Assembly: GCF_032444005.1 (NCBI RefSeq)
Contig: NC_091284.1
Coordinates: forward strand, 826,522,001-826,586,000
DNA from: Ranitomeya imitator
Lineage: Eukaryota
Reading direction: 5' to 3'
Length of the DNA: 64,000 bases
The position numbers and the translations under genes were made by a program. How positions within the stretch are numbered: the first letter of the stretch is position 1; each line of letters begins with the position of its first letter. Shown one piece after another: positions 52,801 through 64,000 of the stretch. The notes below the pieces were generated by a model. That model had not been told where the DNA came from. It searched no databases and saw only the letters and a list, made by a program, of their open reading frames with translations.

Positions 52801-55800
52801 CCTGCTCCCTCCCTCAGACCCCCAGGATAGGGCAACTGCTCCCTCCCTCAGACCCCCAGGATAGGGCACCTGCTCCCTCCCTCAGATCCCCAGGATAGGG
52901 CACCTGCTCCCTCCCTCAGATCCCCAGGATAGGGCACCTACTTCCTCCCTCAGACCTCCTGGACAGGGCACCTGCTCCCTCCCTCAGACCTCCTGGACAG
53001 GGCACCTGCTCCCTCCCTCAGATCCCCAGGATAGGGCACCTACTTCCTCCCTCAGACCTCCTGGACAGGGCACCTGCTCCCTCCCTCAGACCTCCTGGAC
53101 AGGGCACCTACTTCCTCCCTCAGATCCCCAGGATAGGGCACCTACTTCCTCCCTCAGACCTCCAGGATAGGGCACCTACTTCCTCCCTCAGACCTCCAGG
53201 ACAGGGCACCTGCTCCCTCCCTCAGACCCCCAGGATAGGGCACCTGCTCCCTCCCTCAGACCCCCAGGATAGGGCACCTGCTCCCTCCCTCAGATCCCCA
53301 GGATAGGGCACCTACTTCCTCCCTCAGATCCCCAGGATAGGGCACCTACTTCCTCCCTCAGACCTCCAGGACAGGGCACCTGCTCCCTCCCTCAGACCCC
53401 CAGGATAGGGCACCTGCTCCCTCCCTCAGACCCCCAGGATAGGGCACCTGCTCCCTCCCTCAGACCCCCAGGATAGGGCACCTGCTCCCTCCCTCAGATC
53501 CCCAGGATAGGGCACCTGCTCCCTCCCTCAGATCCCCAGGATAGGGCACCTACTTCCTCCCTCAGATCCCCAGGATAGGGCACCTACTTCCTCCCTCAGA
53601 CCTCCAGGACAGGGCACCTGCTCCCTCCCTCAGACCCCCAGGATAGGGCACCTGCTCCCTCCCTCAGACCCCCAGGATAGGGCACCTGCTCCCTCCCTCA
53701 GATCCCCAGGATAGGGCACCTGCTCCCTCCCTCAGATCCCCAGGATAGGGCACCTACTTCCTCCCTCAGATCCCCAGGATAGGGCACCTGCTCCCTCCCT
53801 CAGACCCCCAGGATAGGGCACCTGCTCCCTCCCTCAGATCCCCAGGATAGGGCACCTGCTCCCTCCCTCAGACGTCCAGGACATGGCACCTGCTCCCTCC
53901 CTCAGACCCCCAGGATAGGGCACCTGCTCCCTCCCTCAGACCCCCAGGATAGGGCACCTGCTCCCTCCCTCAGATCCCCAGGATAGGGCACCTGCTCCCT
54001 CCCTCAGACCCCCAGGATAGGGCACCTGCTCCCTCCCTCAGACCCCCAGGATAGGGCACCTGCTCCCTCCCTCAGATCCCCAGGATAGGGCACCTACTTC
54101 CTCCCTCAGATCCCCAGGATAGGGCACCTGCTCCCTCCCTCAGACCCCCAGGATAGGGCACCTGCTCCCTCCCTCAGATCCCCAGGATAGGGCACCTGCT
54201 CCCTCCCTCAGACCCCCAGGATAGGGCGCCTACTTCCTCCCTCAGACCTCCAGGACAGGGCACCTGCTCCCTCCTTTAGACCCCCAGGATAGGGCACCTG
54301 CTCCCTCCCTCAGACCCCCAGGACCAGGTACCCGCTCCTCCCTCAGATCCCCAGTATTAGGCACCTGCTAGCTCCCTAAGACCCCCAGGACTGGGCACTT
54401 GCTCCCTCAGACCCCCAGTATTAGGCACCTGCTAGCTCACTAAGACCTCCCGAACTGGGCATCTGCTCCATCCTTCAGACCCCCAGGACCGAGCACATTC
54501 TCCCTCAGACCCCCAGGACCGAGCACGTTCTCCCTCAGACCCCCAGGAGCGGGTTATGGCTGTATGGACACATATATAACACGTATCTCTGTGACCGCAG
54601 GTAATGAATGAAGACGGCCACACATCCAGCATACGAGATAAGATCCTCTCCATAGACGTCCATCCTGGATGGAAAGCGGGCACCAGGGTCACGTTCCCCA
54701 AAGAGGGCGACCAGGTCACAAGCAGCCGCTTCTCCCATAATTTATGCCGATTGTCTCTTTAAGAAATAATATAATATGTTATTCTGTGTTTAGGGCCCGA
54801 ACATCGTCCCCACGGACATCGTGTTTATCGTGAAGGAGAAGCCCCACCCCCGCTTTACACGACAGGACGACGATTTGATCCACACAGCGAACATCGAACT
54901 TAGCAAAGTAAGAAAAAAGAGAAATGTGTGAGCACCGGTGCGATCTGTAACCTGCGCTGCACCGCCAGCGCCGAGGAGGAGGAGCTGCAGACATCACGCT
55001 CGCTCTGGGGTCGCCATAGTGGTGACAACAAAGTATTCAGATGAACTTCCTGTCATGTGACCAGAAGTCATCAGACAGGATTCTGTTCATGTCACCATGG
55101 CGACCCCAGAGCGAGCATGATCATATAAACCGCAGCATGAGAGGAGAAAACAATGATGGTGCGTACCAGAGACGGGTGTCAGACTGTGACCAGACCGCAC
55201 TGCGGACGCTGTCACTAGTGGACCGGACACCTGCTATGGAGCCCTGGCTGCGTCCTCTGCTCTATGTACCATGTGTATGCCGGAATCAATGGTGACAGTG
55301 ACGACAGGAGCTCTGGGGGGGGAGACCCTAAAGGGGATGATGCACGGACGAGTGCTCTCTCCTGAAGGATCATCCTATCATCCTTGTGTCACTAGTCCCA
55401 GCACGAGCTCCTCCAGGCTGCCACATCCCTACCTGCCCCCACGGGAAGGTGCGCTGTGCCCCCCAGCACCGTCTCAGGGGAGCAGAAATCAGGACATGGG
55501 TCCTTACACCAGGAGAGACGGACAGGGACATAGACTGGAGGAACAAAGCGAGCTCGGCCAAACAGGGCACCTGCTCCTCCCTCAGACCCCCCAGGACAGT
55601 GCATCTGCACCTTCACTCAGACCCCCAGGATCAGGCACCTGCTCCCTCCCTCAGACCCCCAGGATCAGGCACCTGCTTCCTCCCTCAGCCCCCCCAGGAC
55701 CGTGCATCTGCACCTTCACTCAGACCCCCAGGATCAGGCACCTGCTCCCTCCCTCAGACCCCGAGGATCAAGCACCTGCTCCCTCCCTCAGACCCCCAGG

Positions 55801-58629
55801 ATCAGGCACCTGCTCCCTCCCTCAGACCCCCCAGGACAGTGCATCTGCACCTTCACTCAGACCCCCAGGATTGGGCACCTGCTCCCTTCCTCAGACCCCA
55901 AGGATCAGGCACCTGCTCCCTCCCTCAGACCCCCCAGGACAGTGCATCTGCACCTTCACTCAGACCCCCAGGATCAGGCACCTTCTCCCTCCCTCAGCCC
56001 CCCCAGGACCGTGCATCTGCACCTTCACTCAGACCCCCAGGATCAGGCACCTGCTCCCTCCCTCAGACCCCCCAGGACAGTGCATCTGCACCTTCACTCA
56101 GACCCCCGGGATTGGGCACCTGCTCCCTTCCTCAGACCCCCGGGATCAGGCACCTGCTCCCTCCCTCAGACCCCCAGGACCAGGCACCTGCTCCCTCCAT
56201 CAGACCCCCCAGGACAGTGCATCTGCACCTTCACTCAGACCCCCAGGATTGGGCACCTGCTCCCTTCCTCAGACCCCAAGGACCAGGCACCTGCTCCCTC
56301 CCTCAGACCCCCCAGGACAGTGCATCTGCAACTTCACTCAGACTCCCAAGATTGGGCACCTGCTCCCTTCCTCAGACCCCCAAGATCAGGCACCTGCTCC
56401 CTCCCTCAGACCCCCAGGATCAGGCACCTGCTCCCTCCCTCAGACCCCCCAGGACAGTGCATCTGCACGTTCACTCAGACCCCCAGGATTGGGCACCTGC
56501 TCCCTTCCTCAGAGCCCCAGGACCAGGCACCTGCTCCCTTCCTCAGACCCCAAGGATCAGGCACCTGCTCCCTCCCTCAGACCCCCCAGGACAGTGCATC
56601 TGCACCTTCACTCAGACCCCCAGAATCAGGCACCTGCTCCCTCCCTCAGACCCCCCAGGACAGTGCATCTGCACCTTCACTCAGACCCCCAGGATTGGGC
56701 ACCTGCTCCCTTCCTCAGACCCGCAGGATCAGGCACCTGCTCCCTCCCTCAGCCCCCCAGGACCGTGCATCTGCACCTTCACTCTGACCCTCAGGATCGG
56801 GCATGAGCTTCCTCCCTCAGACCCCCAGGATCAGGCACCTGCTCCCTCCCTCAGACCCCCAGGATCAGGCACCTGCTCCCTCCCTCAGACCCCCCAGGAC
56901 AGTGCATCTGCACCTTCACTCAGACCCCCAGGATTGGGCACCTGCTCCCTCCCTCAGACCCCCAGGATCAGGCACCTGCTCCCTCCCTCAGACCCCCCAG
57001 GACAGTGCATCTGCACCTTCACTCAGACCCCCAGGATCAGGCACCTACTCCCTCCCTCAGACCCCCCAGGACAGTGCATCTGCACCTTCACTCAGACCCC
57101 CAGGATCAGGCACCTGCTCCCTCCCTCAGACCCCCCAGGACAGTGCATCTGCACCTTCACTCAGACCCCCAGGATTGGGCACCTGCTCCCTCCCTCAGAC
57201 CCCCCAGGACAGTGCATCTGCACCTTCACTCAGACCCCCAGGATTGGGCACCTGCTCCCTCCCTCAGACCCCCCAGGACAGTGCATCTGCACCTTCCTCA
57301 GACCCGCAGGATCAGGCACCTGCTCCCTCCCTCAGCCCCCCCAGGACCGTGCATCTGCACCTTCACTCAGACCCCCAGGATCGGGCATGAGCTCCCTCCC
57401 TCAGACCCCCAGGATCAGGCACCTGCTCCCTCCCTCAGACCCCCCAGGACCGTGCATCTGCACCTTCACTCAGACCCTCAGGATCGGGCATGAGCTCCCT
57501 CCCTCAGACCCCCAGGATCAGGCACCTGCTCCCTCCCTCAGACCCCCAGGATCAGGCACCTGCTCCCTCTCTCAGACCTCCAGGATCAGGCACCTGCTCC
57601 CTCCCTCAGACCCCCAGGATCAGGCACCTGCTCCCTTCCTCAGACCCCCAGGATCAGGCACCTGCTCCCTCTCTCAGACCCCCAGGATCAGGCACCTGCT
57701 CCCTCCCTCAGACCCCCAGGATCAGGCACCTGCTCCCTTCCTCAGACCCCCAGGATCGGGCATGAGCTCCCTCCCTCAGACCCCCAGGACTCTAGGAGGG
57801 TCGCACAAACCTCCACATGATGCCAGCGGTGTCCTGACTGCTGCTCGGTGCCGGGATGATTCCTCAGAGCCATTGTCAGACCTTACTCTTTGGCCCGGGG
57901 TGACTCGGAGTTCGTCCCTCGTTTTTTTGATGAGTTTGGATTTTCATTCACCGCTGTGGCAAATTACAATTACCGCTATTTGTATCAGGAAATGTTGTCC
58001 GCCTGGGGCCGGGGCTTGGTGGCGTCACGGCTGGTGCAAACAAAGATTGCTAAGTATGGCAGCTACATCACAGCCCAGCACAAGTGAACGCCGTCACACT
58101 ACAACCAACCAAGTCCGATTTTTTGCCAAGTCTCCGTCTACCCGAAGCCTGAATCTTCCATTTATCAACATCTGATATATTGTCTCCTTATTTTTATTTT
58201 CTGAGCAGTACCTCATCCTGCCCAGCAGGAGGCGACACTTGACCCTTCACATCTTGTATTTTGCAGGCGCTGACAGGCTGCACGGTGGAAGTGGAAACGT
58301 TGGATGACCGAATATTAAACATTCCCATCAATGACATCGTACAGTAAGTCATTAACCCCTTGTGTCACCTGGAGGAAGGGGCGCAACCCCTGTGATTTCT
58401 GATTGTGGGGGGCATCTTGTCATGTCCCCTATGTGGTTATTAGGTTAATGACACAATTATGTTCTTCTCCAACAGCCCCAAATACAGTAAAGTGGTCCCC
58501 GGGGAGGGGATGCGGACGTCCTGCGACCCCACCGTGAAGGGCGACCTCATTATCCAGTTCGATATCCAGTTTCCAGAACACCTGACGCCAGAGAAGAAGC
58601 AGCTGCTCCGGAAAGCCCTGCTGTCCTGA
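49650..58629 (+). CDS. DNAJB13: DnaJ homolog subfamily B member 13 (radial-spoke HSP40), 316 aa
   Basis: Exons 49650-49717 ([14 protein letters not shown]), 50157-50260 (YHPL J-domain variant), 50522-50683, 50879-51036, 54601-54714, 54794-54907, 58267-58343, 58476-58629 total 951 nt. Length and motifs ([46 protein letters not shown]) match DNAJB13 as I recall the orthologue. Confidence 0.96.
51100..54548. repeat. 34-bp C-rich minisatellite in DNAJB13 intron 4
   Basis: Unit CACCTGCTCCCTCCCTCAGACCCCCAGGATAGGG; period of 34 (53411 to 53445). Confidence 0.96.
55562..57788. repeat. Related 34-bp minisatellite with alternating subunits in DNAJB13 intron 6
   Basis: CACCTGCTCCCTCCCTCAGACCCCCAGGATCAGG alternates with a CAGTGCATCTGCACCTTCACTCAGACCCC variant. 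Confidence 0.96.
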
Positions 58630-58675
58630 GACGTCACGTGTCCGATAATTACCAGTACGACCTGTGGGCTGTGGT

Positions 58676-58681
58676 AATAAA
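58676..58681 (+). terminator. Polyadenylation signal of DNAJB13
   Basis: AATAAA 47 nt after the TGA stop. Confidence 0.6.
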
Positions 58682-58924
58682 GAAACTTCAGACACCAGAA
58701 TCTCCAGTCTGAATATCTTCTAAGCGGGACTCTTCTCCCTGCAGAGAGTGCCAAACCTGTGTAAGGAGACTAATAGGCCGTGCAATGCTTCTCTGGGAAT
58801 TTTAATATGCAAATTGCCTCTTCAGAATGAAGAGGACTAGATCTCTGGTGCCTCCTGTGGGATGTAGCAATCCTAAATATCGACCCTTTAACGAGTCACA
58901 GGACTTAGGATAGAAGCCAAAACA

Positions 58925-59074
58925 GAAACTCCATTTACAGACACGTGTTTCAGGGTGTTTGCCCCTCATCAGTGCAAACTCCAGTCAAAGGTTTCTCATA
59001 CAGCAAAATCAGATCTCTTGCTTTGCACTGATGAGGGGCAACACCCCGAAACACACATCTGCAAATGGAGTTTC
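58925..59074. ncRNA. Inverted pair of minimal type-I hammerhead ribozyme motifs
   Basis: Plus copy 59022-59065: TTTGCA-CTGATGA-GGGG CAACA CCCC-GAAA-CACACA-TC-TGCAAA. Minus copy 58978-58934: TTTGCA-CTGATGA-GGGG CAAACA CCCT-GAAA-CACGTG-TC-TGTAAA. Confidence 0.8.
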
Positions 59075-59647
59075 CGTGATTAGATGATAATTGCAGTTTT
59101 GGCCCAACACCATTTTTGTGCAGAGATCCTTAATTTCACTGTATACTACAGCACTGGATTATAGCATGAAGGAGAGCATTGGGGTGGCAGTATGGAGATA
59201 AGGAGAGTGTGAAGTGTTGACCATAGTTCATAAGGGAGGGCAGTGTGGAGGTAATACTCAATAGGAGAGGGCAGTGTAGAGGTCACAGTTTGTGCAAGGA
59301 GCCCAGCGAGGGGAATCATTTATTCAGGAGCACAGCGTAGGGTTTATTTAGGGCACAGTATTGGGTAGTTATTTTTATTTAAAGGGCCATATAATGACTC
59401 TGTTAATTTTAAGGGGATGACGTGCTGCAGAGAACAATATTTAAGCAACCTTAAAAATTGTTTCACCCGACTAACAAACGTGCATCGGATGATTGACAGA
59501 CTGTTCAGACAGGCTGATATTTGGTTCTTGATTATTGGCCAGTGTAAATGCACCTTAAAGAATAAATAAACTTTTGGGAGATTTTTTTTACTGTTTTAGG
59601 TACTTTATTTATAAACAGTTCGGTGTGGGTCCAGGTCCTGAGAGTAA

Positions 59648-59970
59648 GGCGTGATTCATCAAGATCAGTGATTTTCTCGCCAGTCTTGATGAGGAGTCAA
59701 AAGCTCATGATTCATAAAGAAGTGCACTCCTCTTAATAAATCAGGAACGTCTGACGAGTGACGTGCGCCATGCCAGAAATCTTACTCCGGTCTCTGACTG
59801 GAATAAGATTTCTGGTGTAGGGAACAGCCCAGGTCGTCCTGAATTAGGTTGTGGTATCACGCCCAGCTATGCCCATTTTGGCAGAGCTAGACAAAATCAG
59901 CGTGAAGTTTTTGTGACCTTTCACAATGTTTATGCCACTTTTTGGGGGGAAACATTTGATGAATCAGGCC
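59648..59970. mobile_element. Harbinger-like MITE
   Basis: TIR GGCGTGATTCATCAA / TTGATGAATCAGGCC; target duplication not cleanly preserved. Confidence 0.5.
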
Positions 59971-60184
59971 CATAGTACTGTCTCCCAAGCTGCATCTTTT
60001 GAGCAATTGGTGTGGGTTCCCCGGACCCTGGCCCCACCGAATTTCTCATAACTGAAGAGCCAAAAATAACTTTTGGGAGAGATTTGAAGTTACTCCTTAA
60101 ATATTTAAGGTCATACTGGGAGTTGTAGGTTCGTGTGATACAATTGTATATGGGGCTGCCCTGGCATTGATTTTCTAAGCTTGG

Positions 60185-60485
60185 TGAGGTATTCATGTAC
60201 TGTTGGTGGTTCTGGTGATGCTGTATCCCTGTACTGACAGTGGTTCCGGTGATGCTGTATTCCTGTACTGATGGTTGTCCTGGAGATGCTATGTTTCTGT
60301 ACTGTTGGTGGTTCTTGTGATTTATTTCTGCAATATCTGTGGTTCTGGTGATGTATTCATGTACTGATGGTGACTCTGGTGATGTATTCATGCAGTGATG
60401 GTGACTCTGGTGATGTATACATGTACTGTTGGAGGTTCGGGTGATGCATTTATTTAATAACGGTGGTTCTGGTGATGTATTCATA
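60185..60485. repeat. Degenerate ~30-bp tandem repeat
   Basis: Recurring GTACTGATGGTGGTTCTGGTGATG units. Confidence 0.7.
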
Positions 60486-60539
60486 TACTGATTGTGGATC
60501 CAGTGTTGCAGTAATTATGAGAATAGAAGAAAATTATAA

Positions 60540-61790
60540 TTACACTAACTGGTAATTTGATCTTTCGGAACCTGTGACAACACCATGATTGAAGGTCTGC
60601 CTCCCAGGACCGGAAACCTGCGGATACAAAAGGGTAGAGCCTCCCACCATTTCTCCATGGTTTTCTAGAAAGAGGTCTCCTTCATGTGGCTCATTTATAG
60701 AAACATATATGTTTTTTACATAGCACCTTGTTGACATGACCTCCAACAGTGCAACACCCGAATAGGAAGGGCGAGAGCTAAGGGGTGCTGTCATGGGCTC
60801 TGGAAAATCAAATTACCGATTAGTGTAATTATCATTTTTCCCTTTACCCATGACAGCACCATGAGAGATGAGCAAGCAATTGTCCCTTTGAGTGGGACCA
60901 GCGCTTGCGGAGCTTTACATCCAAGAGATCAGAGGAAAACAAGAAATCCAATCTGTAGTGTTTGAAAAAAGATAGAGAAGACCAAGTGGACATAACCCTA
61001 CTGATGCCCCAAACTGGAAAAAAATTGAATTATTTAGATGAAAAGATGTAACAACGAGATATTTCATGACACATCTCCTTACGTCAAGGTAGATAAATTA
61101 TTTTTCTTTCCTCGATTTAGGATTATCCCAAAATAAGGGAAAGTACTATGTCCTGAGACCTTTAGTCATGCCTGAGAAGGAAGGCTGGTTTATGACAGAC
61201 CGGCCCTCTAGAATAGTAGTGTATGGCGCAGACATGGACATTGCCTGGAGTCGCAACCATAAGCAGCATTTCAATATTAGGGATTTAATGGAAAAGTCCT
61301 TAATCTGCTCAAATGGAGATTTAGCGAGAGCCTTCAGAGCCAGGTATTCTGGGAGCGGGAAGCGGACAGGACCTAGTGATCCCTTTAAATGAAAAAGAAC
61401 TTATAACCGATGGATAGTCAGAGATTCTACTGCTGAGAAAGGGAGCTATGGGCAGAGAGCGTACGCTGAAGGTCATCACCCCTGAGCCCTTGATGAAACC
61501 TGATTGGAGGAAATTCCAAGAGTAGACGATACAGGGATTCGCAATGGTATTAAATGGATCCCTGGACCAGATAAAAAAAGCTTTCCAGACCCTGAAATAT
61601 ATTCCTGAGGTGACCAGCTTCCTACATCTCAGGAACGTGGAGCCTACCTTATATAAAATTAATGTCTGTTCAAGGGCCATGCATTTTCACGACCTTTGGC
61701 TCCATCTCAAGCCATGGCAACTTGATGGATGAATGAACTGTAGGAAGATCAATCATGTGCAAGCCTAGATAGGTCCACCAGGATCTTCTC
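60540..61790 (-). mobile_element. DIRS1-like tyrosine-recombinase retrotransposon remnant
   Basis: Minus-strand STWSSLSFFKHYRLD (~60945-60990) matches the DIRS YR C-terminal ATWS..F..xYRLD motif; inverted terminal-like GGTGCTGTCATGGG/CCCATGACAGCACC at ~60784-60860. Confidence 0.65.
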
Positions 61791-62330
61791 CTCCATTATC
61801 TTGATAGTATCTTACTTGTTTTCCTATTTACCTTGATTCTTCTATTCTTCCGACCATGATGTCTTTCTCCAGTGATCACTTTCTTCATATGATGTGTCCA
61901 AAGTAGGCAAGTCATAACCTGGTGATCCCTGCTTTGAATGACATGTCTGGCTTGATTTGTTCCAAGTTTGTTCTTCTTGCCATCCATGGTGTTAACATCC
62001 TTCTCCTTTACCACATTTTGAAAGGCGTCGATTCTTCTTATGACTTGTTTCGTCATCGTCCAGGTTTCACATCCGTACGTTACTTAAGAAAAGACCAAAC
62101 TATGTATGAGCCTTGTCTTCTTTGCCAGTAAAATGTTCCTCTATTTGAAGACCTCGTCTAGTGACTTTATTGTTGATTTCCCCAGAACTATTCTCCTATT
62201 CACTTCATGTGTTGTCGCTGCATCATTCTTATGAATATGTTGAAGTTCTTACATCTTCCAGTTTGTCATTGTCCATCTCGTACCTGGCAGTAGTCAATAC
62301 CTTTGTCTTCTTTGCATTAAGTAGCAGTCC
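61790..62330 (-). mobile_element. RTE-clade LINE 3' fragment
   Basis: RRIDAF.. and the adjoining sequence are the reverse complement of the 63440-64000 copy. Confidence 0.75.
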
Positions 62331-63439
62331 CATATTTTAGCTTCCCATCTTCCCACCTTGAAACTCCTTAAGGTGTTACTGGCACCTTATGTAGACATGT
62401 ACATGTAAATGGAGGCTTCCATTGTTATTCCTTTATACTCAGGCGCCTTGCTTAGATCTCCATGCTTGTTGATTGAGCGTGTAAATACGGTTCTATGGAG
62501 AACACCCTTTCTTCACTTCCCAGGTTGCTTGACCTCTTTGAATGCTGATGTAGATATTCACAACACTCATATTTGCATTTAAACAATGATTAAAGTAGTT
62601 GCATAGTTGGTGACTCTTTCAGCTCCCCAGGGTTCAAACATTGGAGTCAGAGCCTAGGGCATCTATTGTTAGAGTTTGTTCATGCCAGTTTGGAGAGAAA
62701 AAAACGCTTTGTCTCCGTGTTTGCTTTCATTGCAAATAAATCTGTCTTGACTTCCTCACTTCTACACGTCCTGTTCTACACTGTCCGATTCCGGCACCGT
62801 TGTGACTGTATCAACGACCGAAAAAGCTGTTCCTGTGTCATCTACTCCCCTCAAATAAATTGTTGATAAGGAAAAGGGCTTAAAAGATCCATGATCTGAC
62901 TGGTCAACCCCCTTGAACCCGGAACTTCCTGGATGACTTAGCTAGTTTACCACTGTGGTGTTGTCAGACATTGTTTTGACATGTAAGGAAGTAAGTAAGG
63001 AACGCCTGTAAATCTTTTAGAATGTCTGTCAGTTTCTTTAGATTGGAAGATGTATTGTAAAGACTGTTCCTTCTCCCCTGTCTGCTGTGAGACCCTGTAG
63101 GGGCCCCCACCCAAAGGGCTGGCATTGGTTATTATACTTATTTGGTTCAATACTTTCAAGGGAATTTCACCCCTCCAGCCCTTGACGTATATCCTCAGGG
63201 ATTGTCATCAGAACGTCTAGCTGGACGTTCTTCCCCTCACTTAGGATCTAGGCCTGAAGGCATCTGAAGCCCTATGCCTATTGTAACCTTGAACTTCAAA
63301 TCATCAGGAGTAACAAGACCTTTCTTGTTATCATCCTTAGTCATTAGATTAAGTCCTCCAATAATGTACTTTGAACTTTTCCCTGAGCAGGAAACACCAT
63401 GTTTGTGGAGTCCAGGGTATGTGTAAAAATTTAAAATAA

Positions 63440-64000
63440 TTTATGGTCCATTCAAGGGAGGAAAGTTATTGACTACTACCAGGTACAATCAGTATACATG
63501 AGATGGCCGACGACAAACTGGAAGTTGTAAGGGACTTCAACCTAATCGGATCAATAATCCCTCAAGAAGATGCAACAACGACACCAGAGGAAAATAGGAG
63601 AATAGTTCTGGGCAAATCAACAATGAAGACACCGGGCAAGGTCTTCAAATCGATGAACATTTCACTCATACATAGTTCATTCTTTTCTGTGATAACTTAC
63701 AGTTGTGAAACCTGGACGATAAAGAAACAAGACAGAAGAATTGACGCCTTTGAAATGTGGAGCTGGAGGAGTATGTTATCAATACCATGGGTGGCAAGAA
63801 GAACTAAATTTTTGAAAAAATGATGCCAGACATGTCACTCGAAACAATGATCACCAAGCTATGACTTCCCTACTTTGGACACATCATATGAAGACCACAA
63901 ACACTGGAGAAGGACATCATGGTTGGAGGAAAGGAAGGAACAAGACGAAGAGGAAGACCAGCAATCCGATGGCTTGATGCTATCAAGATACCTGTGGAAA
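63440..64000 (+). mobile_element. RTE-clade (BovB/RTE-1-like) LINE RT C-terminal fragment
   Basis: LEVVRDF..GS.I...RRIVLGK...ITYSCETWTIKK..RRIDAFEMWSWR.ML.IPW.ARRT, followed by YFGHI and RRRGRP..RWLD-type motifs. Confidence 0.88.

Noticed and set aside
50713-58175. Proline-rich 412-, 511- and 929-aa ORFs overlapping DNAJB13
   Set aside because: Read-through of DNAJB13 introns made of 34-bp repeats; the spliced 316-aa model explains the locus.

Overview
Vertebrate genomic DNA, most likely an anuran frog (inferred from the gene and transposon families present). Three multi-exon genes could be assembled by hand with GT-AG introns and consistent phases. (1) A + strand KRAB/C2H2 zinc-finger gene (CDS 3378-11115, 578 aa, 6 fingers). 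(2) A convergent - strand paralogue (CDS 44078-35284, 419 aa, 5 fingers) whose KRAB box is degenerate. (3) DNAJB13 on + (49650-58629, 316 aa), which shares a ZNF143-motif bidirectional promoter with gene 2. The rest is mostly transposable elements and large minisatellites; nearly all long ORFs in the ORF track are repeat artefacts. TEs include a near-intact chromodomain Gypsy LTR element nested in a non-autonomous Helitron, several Tc1/mariner copies, Harbinger, hAT and Kolobok/T2 MITEs, and CR1, RTE, DIRS and Penelope fragments. The most notable observations are an inverted pair of minimal type-I hammerhead ribozymes just 3' of DNAJB13, a 37-bp minisatellite amplified from Penelope endonuclease coding sequence, intronic minisatellites built of sense-strand 3'-splice-site mimics, twin satellite arrays bracketing an in-frame DNAJB13 exon pair, and a multi-level TE nest. 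No tRNA, rRNA or CRISPR features were seen. All coordinates were read by eye and may be off by a few bases.
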